A stretch of DNA of 64,000 bases from Candidatus Iainarchaeum sp. (lineage in GTDB: Archaea > B1Sed10-29 > WALL01): the NCBI GenBank assembly GCA_023129115.1, contig JAGMCR010000009.1, positions 6,121 through 70,120 of the forward strand, in the 5' to 3' direction. Positions 37,118 through 45,573 of the stretch are shown piece by piece; the first letter of the stretch is position 1; the number at the start of each line of letters is the position of its first letter. The position numbers were made by a program, and so were the translations under genes. The notes under the pieces are model-generated. The model was not told where the DNA came from, searched no databases, and saw nothing but the letters and a program-made list of their open reading frames with translations.

Positions 37118-37371
37118 ACATTGGTGTGCTGGAGTTCGCCTCGTTCGCCGCGGCGTTCGCGTTTTTGTTCCTCGCGCCGGGTTATGCTTTACTGCGGAAG
37201 AAAAAATACGCGCTGCCGGAACTGGCCGCGAGGGCGTTTGCAATAAGCGCCGGAGTCGTGCTCGTGGAGAGCTTTTTGCTGGCGTCATTCGTCGGGCTGA
37301 GTGCTTTGTCGCTGGCGGTTGTGGTCGGGGCCACGGCTATGCTATTTTTCCGGTCTGCCAGTCCCGGATAA
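37114..37371 (+). CDS. Small membrane protein (85 aa)
   Basis: Three hydrophobic helices. The GTG/ATG start overlaps the preceding stop. It could be the continuation of the same membrane-protein module. Confidence 0.4.
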   Translation: MNIGVLEFASFAAAFAFLFLAPGYALLRKKKYALPELAARAFAISAGVVLVESFLLASFVGLSALSLAVVVGATAMLFFRSASPG

Positions 37372-38041
37372 GGCGCTTTGCGGCGCGGTCAAGGTCGAGC
37401 TCTGCGCCCTTGCGCAGCATCATCCACTTGCCGGCAAGCTCTTCGAGCTGCTCGTAGGGCTCGTCGAACGGCTCGGCCGTGTAGGCCTTCGCGATTTTTT
37501 GGGGGCCAAGCGTTCTGATGAGCTTCATGGCTGCGCCGATTGGGTCCTTCAGCTTCGTGACGTCATAGGCGCCCTTGATGGCGAGCTTTGCCTCGTCCTC
37601 GTCGCGCGGGATTATGCCGGGCGAGTCGAGCAGGACCACGCGCTTCGTGACGCGGAGCCACTGCTTTCCGCGCGTGAAGCCTGGCTTGCTGGACGTCTTT
37701 GCCTTGCCGCCCAGCGCGTTTATTACGGTGCTTTTGCCGGTGTTGGCGTAGCCCACCAGCCCAGCTTTTATTTTTTCTTTGCCCGGGAGGCACAAGTGGA
37801 TTAGCGAGCGGAGCTCGCGCGTGCCCTGGCGCTTCTTGGCGCTCATCAGGACGACGCGGCCGCTCGGGACTTTGGTCTCCTTCACGAGGTCCATTTTGTT
37901 GACGACGAGCAGGAGTACTTTGCCCTTGCGGCGGACGAGGCCCTCGAGCTTTCTCGAGCGCGTGCCCTCGACGTCCCTGGCGTCCACTACCTCGATTATT
38001 ACGTCGCACTCGTCGATGACTTCGCGCACGTGGCGGTTCAT
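37337..38041 (-). CDS. Circularly permuted GTPase (YlqF/RbgA/MMR-HSR1 type), ribosome biogenesis
   Basis: G4 NKMDL precedes G1 GYANTGKST and G3 DSPG, which is the circularly permuted order. Confidence 0.75.
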   Translation of the reverse strand: MNRHVREVIDECDVIIEVVDARDVEGTRSRKLEGLVRRKGKVLLLVVNKMDLVKETKVPSGRVVLMSAKKRQGTRELRSLIHLCLPGKEKIKAGLVGYANTGKSTVINALGGKAKTSSKPGFTRGKQWLRVTKRVVLLDSPGIIPRDEDEAKLAIKGAYDVTKLKDPIGAAMKLIRTLGPQKIAKAYTAEPFDEPYEQLEELAGKWMMLRKGAELDLDRAAKRLIRDWQTGKIA

Positions 38042-38061
38042 GCGTTAGTTCACCACGGGGT

Positions 38062-39162
38062 GGAATAAAAGAGTAGGTGCCAATCAGCGACTGGGAGTTG
38101 CTGGGATAAACGGGGTTGAGACTTACTCCTCAAGGAGCTTATTTACAAACTTAACGAGGAATTCTGAGGCTTGACGGGCTGTTTCACGGTTTTCTTTGTT
38201 TAACTTTTGGGCTCCAGCGTAGCCAAGCGAGCAACTGCTGCAGAAACAGCCACTCCGCTCCAGTCCATTGTAGTATTCCTCAACTTCTTTCGGCGTAAAC
38301 TCTGATTGCTCTACCTTTGATGGCCGCGTGAGCACTTCCATAAACATATCCGCAGGCGGACACGGCGCTAAGTTCTCCGCGGGCTTTATCTCCAACGAGT
38401 CTTTTAGTGACTTCGCAACCTTGCGGTGTTCTTCTTTATCTGTAAGTAACTCAAACGGTGGCTTGTTTTCATCAAAAGAGAATCTAGGGTCCCCGTGAAC
38501 ATCAATGTAGTGTTCAGGCCTCATAAGGTAATACACGACGTGATGAATTTCAGGGCGGTCGTACCCCTCAGACGGGATGATATTTTCTTTTATCAGCTCT
38601 TCCTCAGCCCGTGTCATCGCTTCCGCGTCTGGCTTAAGCCCAATCACTCCTTTTTCCACTAACTCTCTTGGCGTGGCACTCATTAGCCCTTTGTCCACCC
38701 ATCTTTGGTATTTTTCTTCTGACTCACCATACCCCAACTGCTTCAGGACCTCGTCGGTCGGAACTGGCTTACTGTACTTGCGTGCTCTTGAATTGATTAA
38801 TGCGTCTCTGTGGATATCACAAACACCGTTCAGCTCAATGAAACCCACTTCTTTTTTGTCCTCAAGATTCTTGCGTGCGAGCATAGCGGTAAGCTTACCA
38901 ATTTTCTCATTAAGGTGAACGCCATACTGCAAGACTACCTTTTTGCCAGCTAAGCCAACGAGCTGACGAAGGATGTCTCGATCCACTTCATTTTTGGGCT
39001 TACCCATCTCACCAATAATGAGCTTGCGTAGCTCCTTTGGCGTAGCTTCCTTTGGGAAACCAGGAAAACGCCCGCGCAAGAACTCTTGGTGTCTTTCTCC
39101 CTTGGCCATGCTACACTATTGTGCAGGTTGGAATAAAAGGTTAGATGCCAAGCAGTGGTTGG
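38062..39162. mobile_element. Putative single-gene insertion cassette bounded by roughly 33-bp imperfect direct repeats
   Basis: 38062-38094 (GGAATAAAAGAGTAGGTGCCAATCAGCGACTGG) versus 39130-39162 (GGAATAAAAGGTTAGATGCCAAGCAGTGGTTGG) matches at 26/33 by eye. The right copy contains the real stop and last codons of the ThiI-like gene plus a TATA-like box. The left copy is a decayed duplicate that retains the TATA-like part in front of the GTPase gene. Confidence 0.5.
38123..39109 (-). CDS. Hypothetical protein (328 aa), no domain recognised; C-terminal CFCSSC cluster
   Basis: Intact ORF, visibly AT-richer than its flanks. No motif that I can name. Confidence 0.6.
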   Translation of the reverse strand: MAKGERHQEFLRGRFPGFPKEATPKELRKLIIGEMGKPKNEVDRDILRQLVGLAGKKVVLQYGVHLNEKIGKLTAMLARKNLEDKKEVGFIELNGVCDIHRDALINSRARKYSKPVPTDEVLKQLGYGESEEKYQRWVDKGLMSATPRELVEKGVIGLKPDAEAMTRAEEELIKENIIPSEGYDRPEIHHVVYYLMRPEHYIDVHGDPRFSFDENKPPFELLTDKEEHRKVAKSLKDSLEIKPAENLAPCPPADMFMEVLTRPSKVEQSEFTPKEVEEYYNGLERSGCFCSSCSLGYAGAQKLNKENRETARQASEFLVKFVNKLLEE

Positions 39163-39878
39163 AACACTGGATACGGCTTTTTCGCTGTTGGGGGCTCCTT
39201 GCCTCCAGTGACGAGTGCGGGATAGTTTTCCATTAGTTCTTCCACGCCGCCGTCGGCGTAGTTCACTTCGTGGCCGATGCTCCACTCCTCAATGAGCGGG
39301 CTTTTTTCCCCGAGGATGTCGAGCGTGCAGCCGCGCTTCATCATCATCCACCCCGCGCGCTGTGCGTCTTTGGAGTCGTTCAAGAGCAAAAGCCTCCCGG
39401 AGGTGCCGAGCGGCAGGCCGCCGGGGCCGCGAATGGTTTCCGTGAATACATAGACTACGTCCTCGAAGACTTCCACGAATACTTCCTGGTCGGGCTTGGA
39501 CAAGTTTACCTTGTTTCCCTTCGCCTCGACGACCGCGCTGCCGAGCTCCACCGCGATTTCCTGGCTTGTCTTGGGAAAGCCCTTGAACGGCCGGTTGACG
39601 CGCAGCGCGAAAGTTCCCTCGTGCACCAGGGGCACGACTGCTTTCTTCATTTCTTCGAGTGTTGGCTCGCACGTTGTCACAGGGGAATAGGAAACGATGC
39701 CGAATATCTTTCCGATGGCCTCGCCGCTTTTGTCTTCGACAAGTATCCTGCCGCGGCGCCGCGTTATTTTCGCGCCGGGCATTCCGGCCTGGAGGTTCGC
39801 GATTAGCCGCTGCTCGAATCGCTTCTTCACCGGCTCGGACTTCAGGAACAGCTCGCCGTAGCGGACGAGGAACAGCAT
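39141..39878 (-). CDS. ThiI-like THUMP-domain protein with degenerate, truncated PP-loop region
   Basis: N-terminus [25 protein letters not shown] plus a THUMP-length region is ThiI-like. Where ThiI has SGGxDS, this protein has [10 protein letters not shown], and only about 80 aa follow. Confidence 0.6.
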   Translation of the reverse strand: MLFLVRYGELFLKSEPVKKRFEQRLIANLQAGMPGAKITRRRGRILVEDKSGEAIGKIFGIVSYSPVTTCEPTLEEMKKAVVPLVHEGTFALRVNRPFKGFPKTSQEIAVELGSAVVEAKGNKVNLSKPDQEVFVEVFEDVVYVFTETIRGPGGLPLGTSGRLLLLNDSKDAQRAGWMMMKRGCTLDILGEKSPLIEEWSIGHEVNYADGGVEELMENYPALVTGGKEPPTAKKPYPVFQPLLGI

Positions 39879-39900
39879 CGGTCTTGTTTTGGAGTCCGGG

Positions 39901-39910
39901 TTTTATAAAG
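39901..39910 (+). promoter_or_regulatory. TATA-like box of pdxS-pdxT
   Basis: TTTTATAAAG lies about 38 nt upstream of ATG 39944. Confidence 0.4.
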
Positions 39911-39943
39911 TGGGGAGTCGATAAAGCCCCGCGAGGGATAACA

Positions 39944-40831
39944 ATGCCTAACACTAAACATGGGACACAGGGCCTGAAGCGCGGCTTCGCGAAAATGGTC
40001 AAGAACGGCGTGATAATGGACGTCACAACGCCGGAACAGGCAAAGCTCGCAGAAAAAGCGGGCGCAGTCGCAGTGATGGCGCTGGAAAAAGTCCCTGCGG
40101 ACATCCGGGCCGCCGGGGGAGTGGCGAGGATGGCCGACCCCGCAATCGTGGGCAAGATAGTGAGGGCCGTCACGATTCCAGTAATGGCGAAGGCCCGGAT
40201 TGGGCACCTGGCAGAGGCCCAGGTCCTGGAAACATGCGGCGTTGACATGATTGACGAAAGCGAGGTCCTGACCCCGGTGGACGAAGAGCACATCGACAAG
40301 GCCAAGTTCACAATACCGTTTGTGTGCGGCGCGAGAAACCTGGGCGAGGCATTGAGGAGAATCAGCGAAGGCGCCGCCATGATAAGGACCAAGGGCGAGC
40401 CCGGCACGGGCGACGTGGCAGAAGCGGTCAGGCACATGAAGCTGATGAACAAACAGATTGCCGCACTCAAGGGGAAGGGCGCGGCTTTCCTGAAGAAGAA
40501 GGCGAAGGAATACCGTGTGAGCGTAAGGCTGGTCAAGGAAGTGGCAAGGCTCCAGAGGCTCCCCGTCGTCAACTTTGCTGCCGGTGGGATTGCGACGCCT
40601 GCCGACGCGGCATTGATGATGCAGCTCGGCGCGGACGGCGTGTTTGTCGGCTCCGGAATCTTCAAGTCAAACAACCCACAGAAAATGGCGAAGGCAATCG
40701 TGGAAGCGACCATGAACTACAACCAGCCCGAAGTCGTTGCGCGGGTCTCAAGAAACCTTGGCGAGGCAATGAAGGGCACTGAGGCAAAGAAGCTTCAGGA
40801 AAGCGACAAGATGCAGGCCAGGAGCAGCTAG
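39944..40831 (+). CDS. pdxS: Pyridoxal 5'-phosphate synthase, synthase subunit PdxS
   Basis: [27 protein letters not shown] and [12 protein letters not shown] motifs. I start at ATG 39944. The track ORF extends spuriously upstream. Confidence 0.9.
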   Translation: MPNTKHGTQGLKRGFAKMVKNGVIMDVTTPEQAKLAEKAGAVAVMALEKVPADIRAAGGVARMADPAIVGKIVRAVTIPVMAKARIGHLAEAQVLETCGVDMIDESEVLTPVDEEHIDKAKFTIPFVCGARNLGEALRRISEGAAMIRTKGEPGTGDVAEAVRHMKLMNKQIAALKGKGAAFLKKKAKEYRVSVRLVKEVARLQRLPVVNFAAGGIATPADAALMMQLGADGVFVGSGIFKSNNPQKMAKAIVEATMNYNQPEVVARVSRNLGEAMKGTEAKKLQESDKMQARSS

Positions 40832-41407
40832 ATGCTTGTAGGTGTTCTGGCGGTCCAGGGCGCGATAGCAGAGCACGTGCAGGCGCTCGAGAAAGCGGGG
40901 GCTTCTGCCCTTAAGGTGGAGAACAGGCAGGCGCTCGAGCGGGTTGACGCGCTCGTGATACCCGGCGGGGAGAGCACCACAATAGGCAGGCTCATCGGGG
41001 AGTATGGGCTATACACTGCAATCAGGAAAAGGGCAGCCGCGGGCATGCCGATAATGGGGACGTGCGCCGGGCTAATCCTGCTCGCGAAAGAGGGAGACAA
41101 GGACGTCCAGAGGACAAACCAAAAGCTGCTCGGGCTGATGGACACGAGGATAGCGAGGAACGCGTTCGGGGGGCAGCGCGAGTCTTTTGAGGCCATGCTA
41201 GAGATTCCCGTGATTGGCAGGAAGAAGTTCCGCGGGGTATTCATAAGGGCGCCCACGATAGAAAAGGCGGGCGAGGGAGTGGAAGTGATTTCCCGCTTCG
41301 AAGACAGGATTGTGGCGGCGCGGCAGGGCAGCCTGTTGGCGCTGTCGTTCCACCCAGAGCTCACCGCGGACACTAGGCTGCACAAATACTTTTTGGGAAT
41401 GATTTAG
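40832..41407 (+). CDS. pdxT: Pyridoxal 5'-phosphate synthase, glutaminase subunit PdxT
   Basis: GVLAVQGA, PGGESTT, GTCAG and FHPE motifs. Confidence 0.9.
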   Translation: MLVGVLAVQGAIAEHVQALEKAGASALKVENRQALERVDALVIPGGESTTIGRLIGEYGLYTAIRKRAAAGMPIMGTCAGLILLAKEGDKDVQRTNQKLLGLMDTRIARNAFGGQRESFEAMLEIPVIGRKKFRGVFIRAPTIEKAGEGVEVISRFEDRIVAARQGSLLALSFHPELTADTRLHKYFLGMI

Positions 41408-41408
41408 G

Positions 41409-43214
41409 CTATATACTCTCTTTGACTGCCCTTGCAATCAATTGGCCATCGGCTTTTCCGCGCAATTCTTTCATTACTTCGCCCATGATTTTCTGGAACG
41501 CGCGTGGGTCGCCGAGCGCGCCCTTGTTCTTTGCAACGATTTTCTTGACTGCCTTGCGGACCTGCTTCTCGTTCATTTTCGAGAAGTTGTCCTCAACAAT
41601 GTCGACCACTGTCCTCGTCGGGTTGAACACGATTGCGCGGATAATCTCGGGGAAGCCTTCCTTGGCGAACGCGCCCTTGTCGTAGAGCATGAACATCTCG
41701 ATTAGCTTTTGGTCGGGGAGCATGTCCACGTCAATGCCCTCGCGCCGCAGCTCGGTGAGCGTGTCCTCGAGCACGTGCGCCACAATCTCGGGGTGCTTCC
41801 ACTTGAGGTGGTCGAACAGGATTAGGTTGTTTGACGACGCGAGCTTTTCCGCGAGGTCGTTGCTCATCAGTTTTTTCAGCCGCGCGAGCGTTGCGCCGGG
41901 GAGCTCCGGCAAGGGAATCGCGTCGAGCCGTTTTTGCTCAACAACAACGGGGGGAATATCTGTTTCGATGTAAAGCCTTGCTGCCCCAGGCATGGGCCGC
42001 AGGAACTCACTGTTTCCATCAGGCAATGCCCTCCTTACTTCAGAAGGAACCCCTACGATTAGCTGATTGGCTCTTGCTGCTACCAGTTTCAGAGCGTTTT
42101 TGGCTCGTTTTTCGTCAGCCGCGACAAGGACGAACGCCTCACCCTCCAGCTTGAGGTTAACAATAATGTCTTTCTCAATCTGGTAGTTGCGCATGTCTTC
42201 GTCGCTGTGGATTATGCCGCCAACCCCTGCTTTCTTGGCATGGTCGGATAGTTCTGTGCCCACCCTTCGGTTGGGCTGCACTTCTTTCCCCAGAATTCCT
42301 TCAAAGCCAATCAGAGGTAACGCGAGAACAGTTTTTCCACGAATAAACTTACATTTAGTATTTTTGAATAGATTCGTGACGTCTATGATTTTTCCTACTT
42401 TGGCTTTTCTCTTTTCTAGCTCTTCAGCTACCTCAATCAATACTTGTTGCCGAGCTACTTCTCGGCGGGCTATCTCTGGGAACATTTTGAGGTCTTGTGC
42501 TCCTTTGATTTCAACTCTTGCTCCGCCTTTGATGCTGATGTTGATGTCCTGGCGGATTGTCCCTATGCCGCGCTTTACCTTCCGGGTCGCCCTCAATAAT
42601 GAGCCGATAGCCAAAGCGGTCTCGTATACATGCTCCGGTGACTTTATGTCGGGCTCTGTACTCAATTCAATCAGAGGTATCCCAAGCCGGTCAAGCCGGT
42701 ACCACACTTCTCCGGGCTTCCGGTCAACTACTGTTGCTGCATCTTCCTCAAGCTGGGTGTTGACCATGCGTACCGGCCCCAATGAAGTGTCAATTCTCCC
42801 CCCCCTCCCCACGAGAGAGGTTCTTTGAAATCCAGTTGTATTTGAGCCGTCAACTACTGTCTTCCTCATGACGTGTATTTCCCCGATTACATCTGCCCCA
42901 ATCATCTTGCAGACCTGGAGAGTAGTTTCCAAGGCCTCCTCATTCATTGGATGCGGGGGCTCGGAGTCTGTTTCCACAAGGCAGCTCGTGGCCGGGTTGT
43001 AGCAATAAACGAAGGTGATGTCGCGTGCTTGCTCGTGGCGGGCAGCCAAGTCGATTTCGCCCAGTTCGCCTGCCACTGCCCGTAGTTTGCGCCTTATCTT
43101 GAACGGAAAATCTTGGCTCCTGTGGGTGGGACACTCACAGAATAGCTTGGTAGCAGTATCTAATTGTACGTGAAGCTCCAAGCCGCTGCGGAAACCCATC
43201 TTTTCGTAGTCCAT
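41409..43214 (-). CDS. gatE: Glutamyl-tRNA(Gln) amidotransferase subunit E
   Basis: 601 aa. It has a GatB/E-type N-terminus (GLELHVQLDT.TKLFC), an insertion domain and a YqeY-like tail. Confidence 0.85.
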   Translation of the reverse strand: MDYEKMGFRSGLELHVQLDTATKLFCECPTHRSQDFPFKIRRKLRAVAGELGEIDLAARHEQARDITFVYCYNPATSCLVETDSEPPHPMNEEALETTLQVCKMIGADVIGEIHVMRKTVVDGSNTTGFQRTSLVGRGGRIDTSLGPVRMVNTQLEEDAATVVDRKPGEVWYRLDRLGIPLIELSTEPDIKSPEHVYETALAIGSLLRATRKVKRGIGTIRQDINISIKGGARVEIKGAQDLKMFPEIARREVARQQVLIEVAEELEKRKAKVGKIIDVTNLFKNTKCKFIRGKTVLALPLIGFEGILGKEVQPNRRVGTELSDHAKKAGVGGIIHSDEDMRNYQIEKDIIVNLKLEGEAFVLVAADEKRAKNALKLVAARANQLIVGVPSEVRRALPDGNSEFLRPMPGAARLYIETDIPPVVVEQKRLDAIPLPELPGATLARLKKLMSNDLAEKLASSNNLILFDHLKWKHPEIVAHVLEDTLTELRREGIDVDMLPDQKLIEMFMLYDKGAFAKEGFPEIIRAIVFNPTRTVVDIVEDNFSKMNEKQVRKAVKKIVAKNKGALGDPRAFQKIMGEVMKELRGKADGQLIARAVKESI

Positions 43215-43270
43215 ACCAACTGCCTTGTGATTTGTACCCTAACCTTCTATCGCATGCTTAAAAAAACTTC

Positions 43271-43753
43271 CTAGTCAGAGAGCCCTGGATACAGCTCAAT
43301 CGTGCCTTCTGCAATCTTTTTTCCGAGCCTTGTCAAGTAGACTCTGCCGTCCTTTGTTTTCTTGAGGTGGGTGAACTGCATCCCCTGCTTTACCTCTTTT
43401 GTTTGCTTTATCTTTACCGCATTCTGTGGGGAAAAAGCGCCTGATTTTAAGAGCTGTGCATACAATTCCGCTGACTCATCTGGCTGTGGGAAATACTTTT
43501 GTTTTGCGTACTGGAAGCCCATGCCGGGCATTGTGAGCAGCCCATGCGCCTTGTAAAGAACTCTATTCCCTGTCTTCACTTCAATTATCTTGGGGCCTCG
43601 CTGGGCTTCTTCTATTACCCTTAAGTAGCGGCCGACGGTTTCCGGCCTCAGCCCCGTTTCTTGGGAAATCCGGTGTTTTGAAAGGGCTACATCATTATGC
43701 TTCTCGATGTAGTCCATCATCTCAGTTACGATTTCAAGCGCGTCCTTTCTCAT
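43271..43753 (-). CDS. Winged-helix DNA-binding protein (160 aa)
   Basis: N-terminal wHTH-like segment SKHRISQETGLRPETVGRYLRVIEE. AT-rich gene. Confidence 0.5.
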   Translation of the reverse strand: MRKDALEIVTEMMDYIEKHNDVALSKHRISQETGLRPETVGRYLRVIEEAQRGPKIIEVKTGNRVLYKAHGLLTMPGMGFQYAKQKYFPQPDESAELYAQLLKSGAFSPQNAVKIKQTKEVKQGMQFTHLKKTKDGRVYLTRLGKKIAEGTIELYPGLSD

Positions 43754-43851
43754 TGGGTGATTTATAGCTATTGTAGTATATAAATATTACTATTACAATA
43801 GTAAATAACCTTATATGGCTCGGCAGAGAAAGTTTTCCTGGGGAGAGTAGA

Positions 43852-44112
43852 ATGAGAGACTACGAAGAAGCTGTGCTTATTGCTCTTTTTGATGAGAAAA
43901 TAATTGGCTCTAGCTATAAGCCAATTGAAAAGGCTGCTCGTAAAATTAACTGGGGTGGGATTGCCAGGAAGTACGATGTAAAGAAGTCTTTCAAGAAAGT
44001 CCTGCAGGGACTTGCCCGGAAGGGCGTTGTAAGTGACCATGGCAAGTCAGGCAGGGTGGTCTCCCTGACACTGGCTGGACTGGCTTACCTAAGGAGCGAG
44101 TTGGAAGTATAA
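43852..44112 (+). CDS. Small winged-helix protein (86 aa)
   Basis: ...VLQGLARKGVVSDHGKSGRVVSLTLAGLAYL is a wHTH recognition helix plus wing. It is divergent from 43271-43753 across a palindromic TATA region (43768-43801). Confidence 0.5.
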   Translation: MRDYEEAVLIALFDEKIIGSSYKPIEKAARKINWGGIARKYDVKKSFKKVLQGLARKGVVSDHGKSGRVVSLTLAGLAYLRSELEV

Positions 44113-44129
44113 AGGCGTTCTGGTCTTCT

Positions 44130-44798
44130 TCAAGAGACTTGGCCCTGGAGTTCCTTGAACAGGCGGAAGGCTGTTATCGCATCGTCGTCTGTGAGAGTGA
44201 AAGTTATCTCCGTGTAGCTGGACACCATTTGCAAGACGTTTATTGAGTTGCGTGCCAGCACCCCACTCAAAAAGTAAAGGAAGCCAGGGGTGCTGATGGA
44301 CCGCGCTTCGCTGAACTCAAGGGCAGATAACCCCCTCATTGTCCCCAAGAGCTTTTTCTTTGGGACGAGGGAGACAAGCCGGTCGAAGCGTTTTTCCTCA
44401 AGGACGACTTCTATCTCGCTTGTGCTAAGTATCAAGTAAAAATTCTCGCCCTTCCCCCACTCGACTTCTTTCATCACCCTGAAAATCGCTTTCTCGACTT
44501 CTTCGTCCCGCTCCAGCGCAACGTCACACATCCCGGACTTCAAAGAAAAACGGCAGCCCTTCAGCACGTCCAGGACTTCCTCGGAAACGACTTCCTTCGC
44601 CAGCTTGTCCTCATACCTCTTCAAGGCCAGCACAATTGCTTCCCGCGTCACCTTCCTGCCGAACTCCGCTTCCACCTCCGTCTTTATGGAGTTGGCAAAA
44701 GCAGAGCAATTCAGCACGCCCAGCCGCAGGGAATCGCGGACAAAGACCAATCGGTCCACCCTCTGCCGCACTAGCCCCGCCAGGCTACTCTTCTCCAT
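44130..44798 (-). CDS. ACT-domain-containing protein (predicted small-molecule-binding regulator)
   Basis: C-terminal ...STPGFLYFLSGVLARNSINVLQMVSSYTEITFTL... is an ACT-like beta-alpha-beta-beta-alpha-beta segment. The family call is tentative. Confidence 0.5.
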   Translation of the reverse strand: MEKSSLAGLVRQRVDRLVFVRDSLRLGVLNCSAFANSIKTEVEAEFGRKVTREAIVLALKRYEDKLAKEVVSEEVLDVLKGCRFSLKSGMCDVALERDEEVEKAIFRVMKEVEWGKGENFYLILSTSEIEVVLEEKRFDRLVSLVPKKKLLGTMRGLSALEFSEARSISTPGFLYFLSGVLARNSINVLQMVSSYTEITFTLTDDDAITAFRLFKELQGQVS

Positions 44799-44851
44799 AA
44801 TGTTATATTTGTAACATTATGTATATATATGTAACTAAGCCCAATTATCGC

Positions 44852-45529
44852 ATGAAATTTGCAATCTCGAGGGAAGTGGCCAGAAAATACCCTGGACTGA
44901 AGATTGGGATTGTGGTTGTGAAAAGGCTTGACAACAGCGATTACCCCGACTCGATAAGGCTCTTGAAGCAAAACGCGGAAGAATACACCAAGTTCAATTT
45001 CCGGGGCCTTGTGCATCCCCACTTGTTGGCCTGGAGAGAGGCCTACAAGAAGTTTGGCTGCGATGGCGGGTGTTCTGCTGAGTGGCTGGTCAAGCGTATA
45101 TTGGAGAAGAAAGCACTGCCGAAGATAAACAAGCTCGTCGACATCTACAACCTCGTGTCAGCCAAGAACGCCATGCCAATCGGCGGGCAGGACCTCGACA
45201 GGATTTGTGGGGACATAGTCTTGAGGATTTCACCGGGCGGCGAAAGGTTTGTGGGGATTGGCGGGAAAGAAGAAAAGACAACCCCCGGTGAAGTGGTTTA
45301 CGCCGACGATGAAAAAGTGTTGTGCAGGAATTGGAACCAAAAAGATTGTGATGCCGCCAAGTTTACCAAGGAAACCAAAAAAGCTGTCTTGTTCGTCGAT
45401 GGAATCGGTGGCATAAGCGAGGAAGCAGTAAAGAAAACAGCGAAGGACTTGGAGAGTATTATAACAGAGTACGGGAACGGCGTGGCAACTTCTTATTTTC
45501 TAGTGGGAGCCAACAGTGTTTCGCTGTGA
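44852..45529 (+). CDS. B3/B4 tRNA-binding-domain protein (PheRS-beta B3/4-like)
   Basis: KINKLVDIYNLVSAKNAMPIGGQDLD and CRNWNQKDC are typical of stand-alone B3/4-domain proteins. I start at MKFAIS (ATG 44852). Confidence 0.6.
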   Translation: MKFAISREVARKYPGLKIGIVVVKRLDNSDYPDSIRLLKQNAEEYTKFNFRGLVHPHLLAWREAYKKFGCDGGCSAEWLVKRILEKKALPKINKLVDIYNLVSAKNAMPIGGQDLDRICGDIVLRISPGGERFVGIGGKEEKTTPGEVVYADDEKVLCRNWNQKDCDAAKFTKETKKAVLFVDGIGGISEEAVKKTAKDLESIITEYGNGVATSYFLVGANSVSL

Positions 45530-45573
45530 GTCAGGTCACAGGAAAGATGATTTCGAGGCCTGCCTTGAAGCCG

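Larger units (their letters stand above)
43267..44148. mobile_element. Putative two-gene (wHTH pair) insertion bounded by gapped direct repeats that copy the tail of the ACT-domain gene
   Basis: 43267-43288 (CTTCCTAGTCAGAGAGCCCTGG) versus 44125-44148 (CTTCTTCAAGAGACTTGGCCCTGG). They share CTTC, AGAGA and GCCCTGG blocks with small gaps. The right copy is the true 3' end of ORF 44130-44798. The left copy supplies the last codons and stop of ORF 43271-43753. The enclosed DNA is AT-rich. Confidence 0.35.

Noticed and set aside
43258-43276. A T-rich stretch upstream of gatE (minus strand AAGTTTTTTTAAG) as a relic of the gatD stop region (ATGTTTTTGTATAAGTAA).
   Set aside because: The similarity is short, low-complexity and needs gaps. 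It also overlaps the stop of the wHTH ORF. It is too weak to claim.
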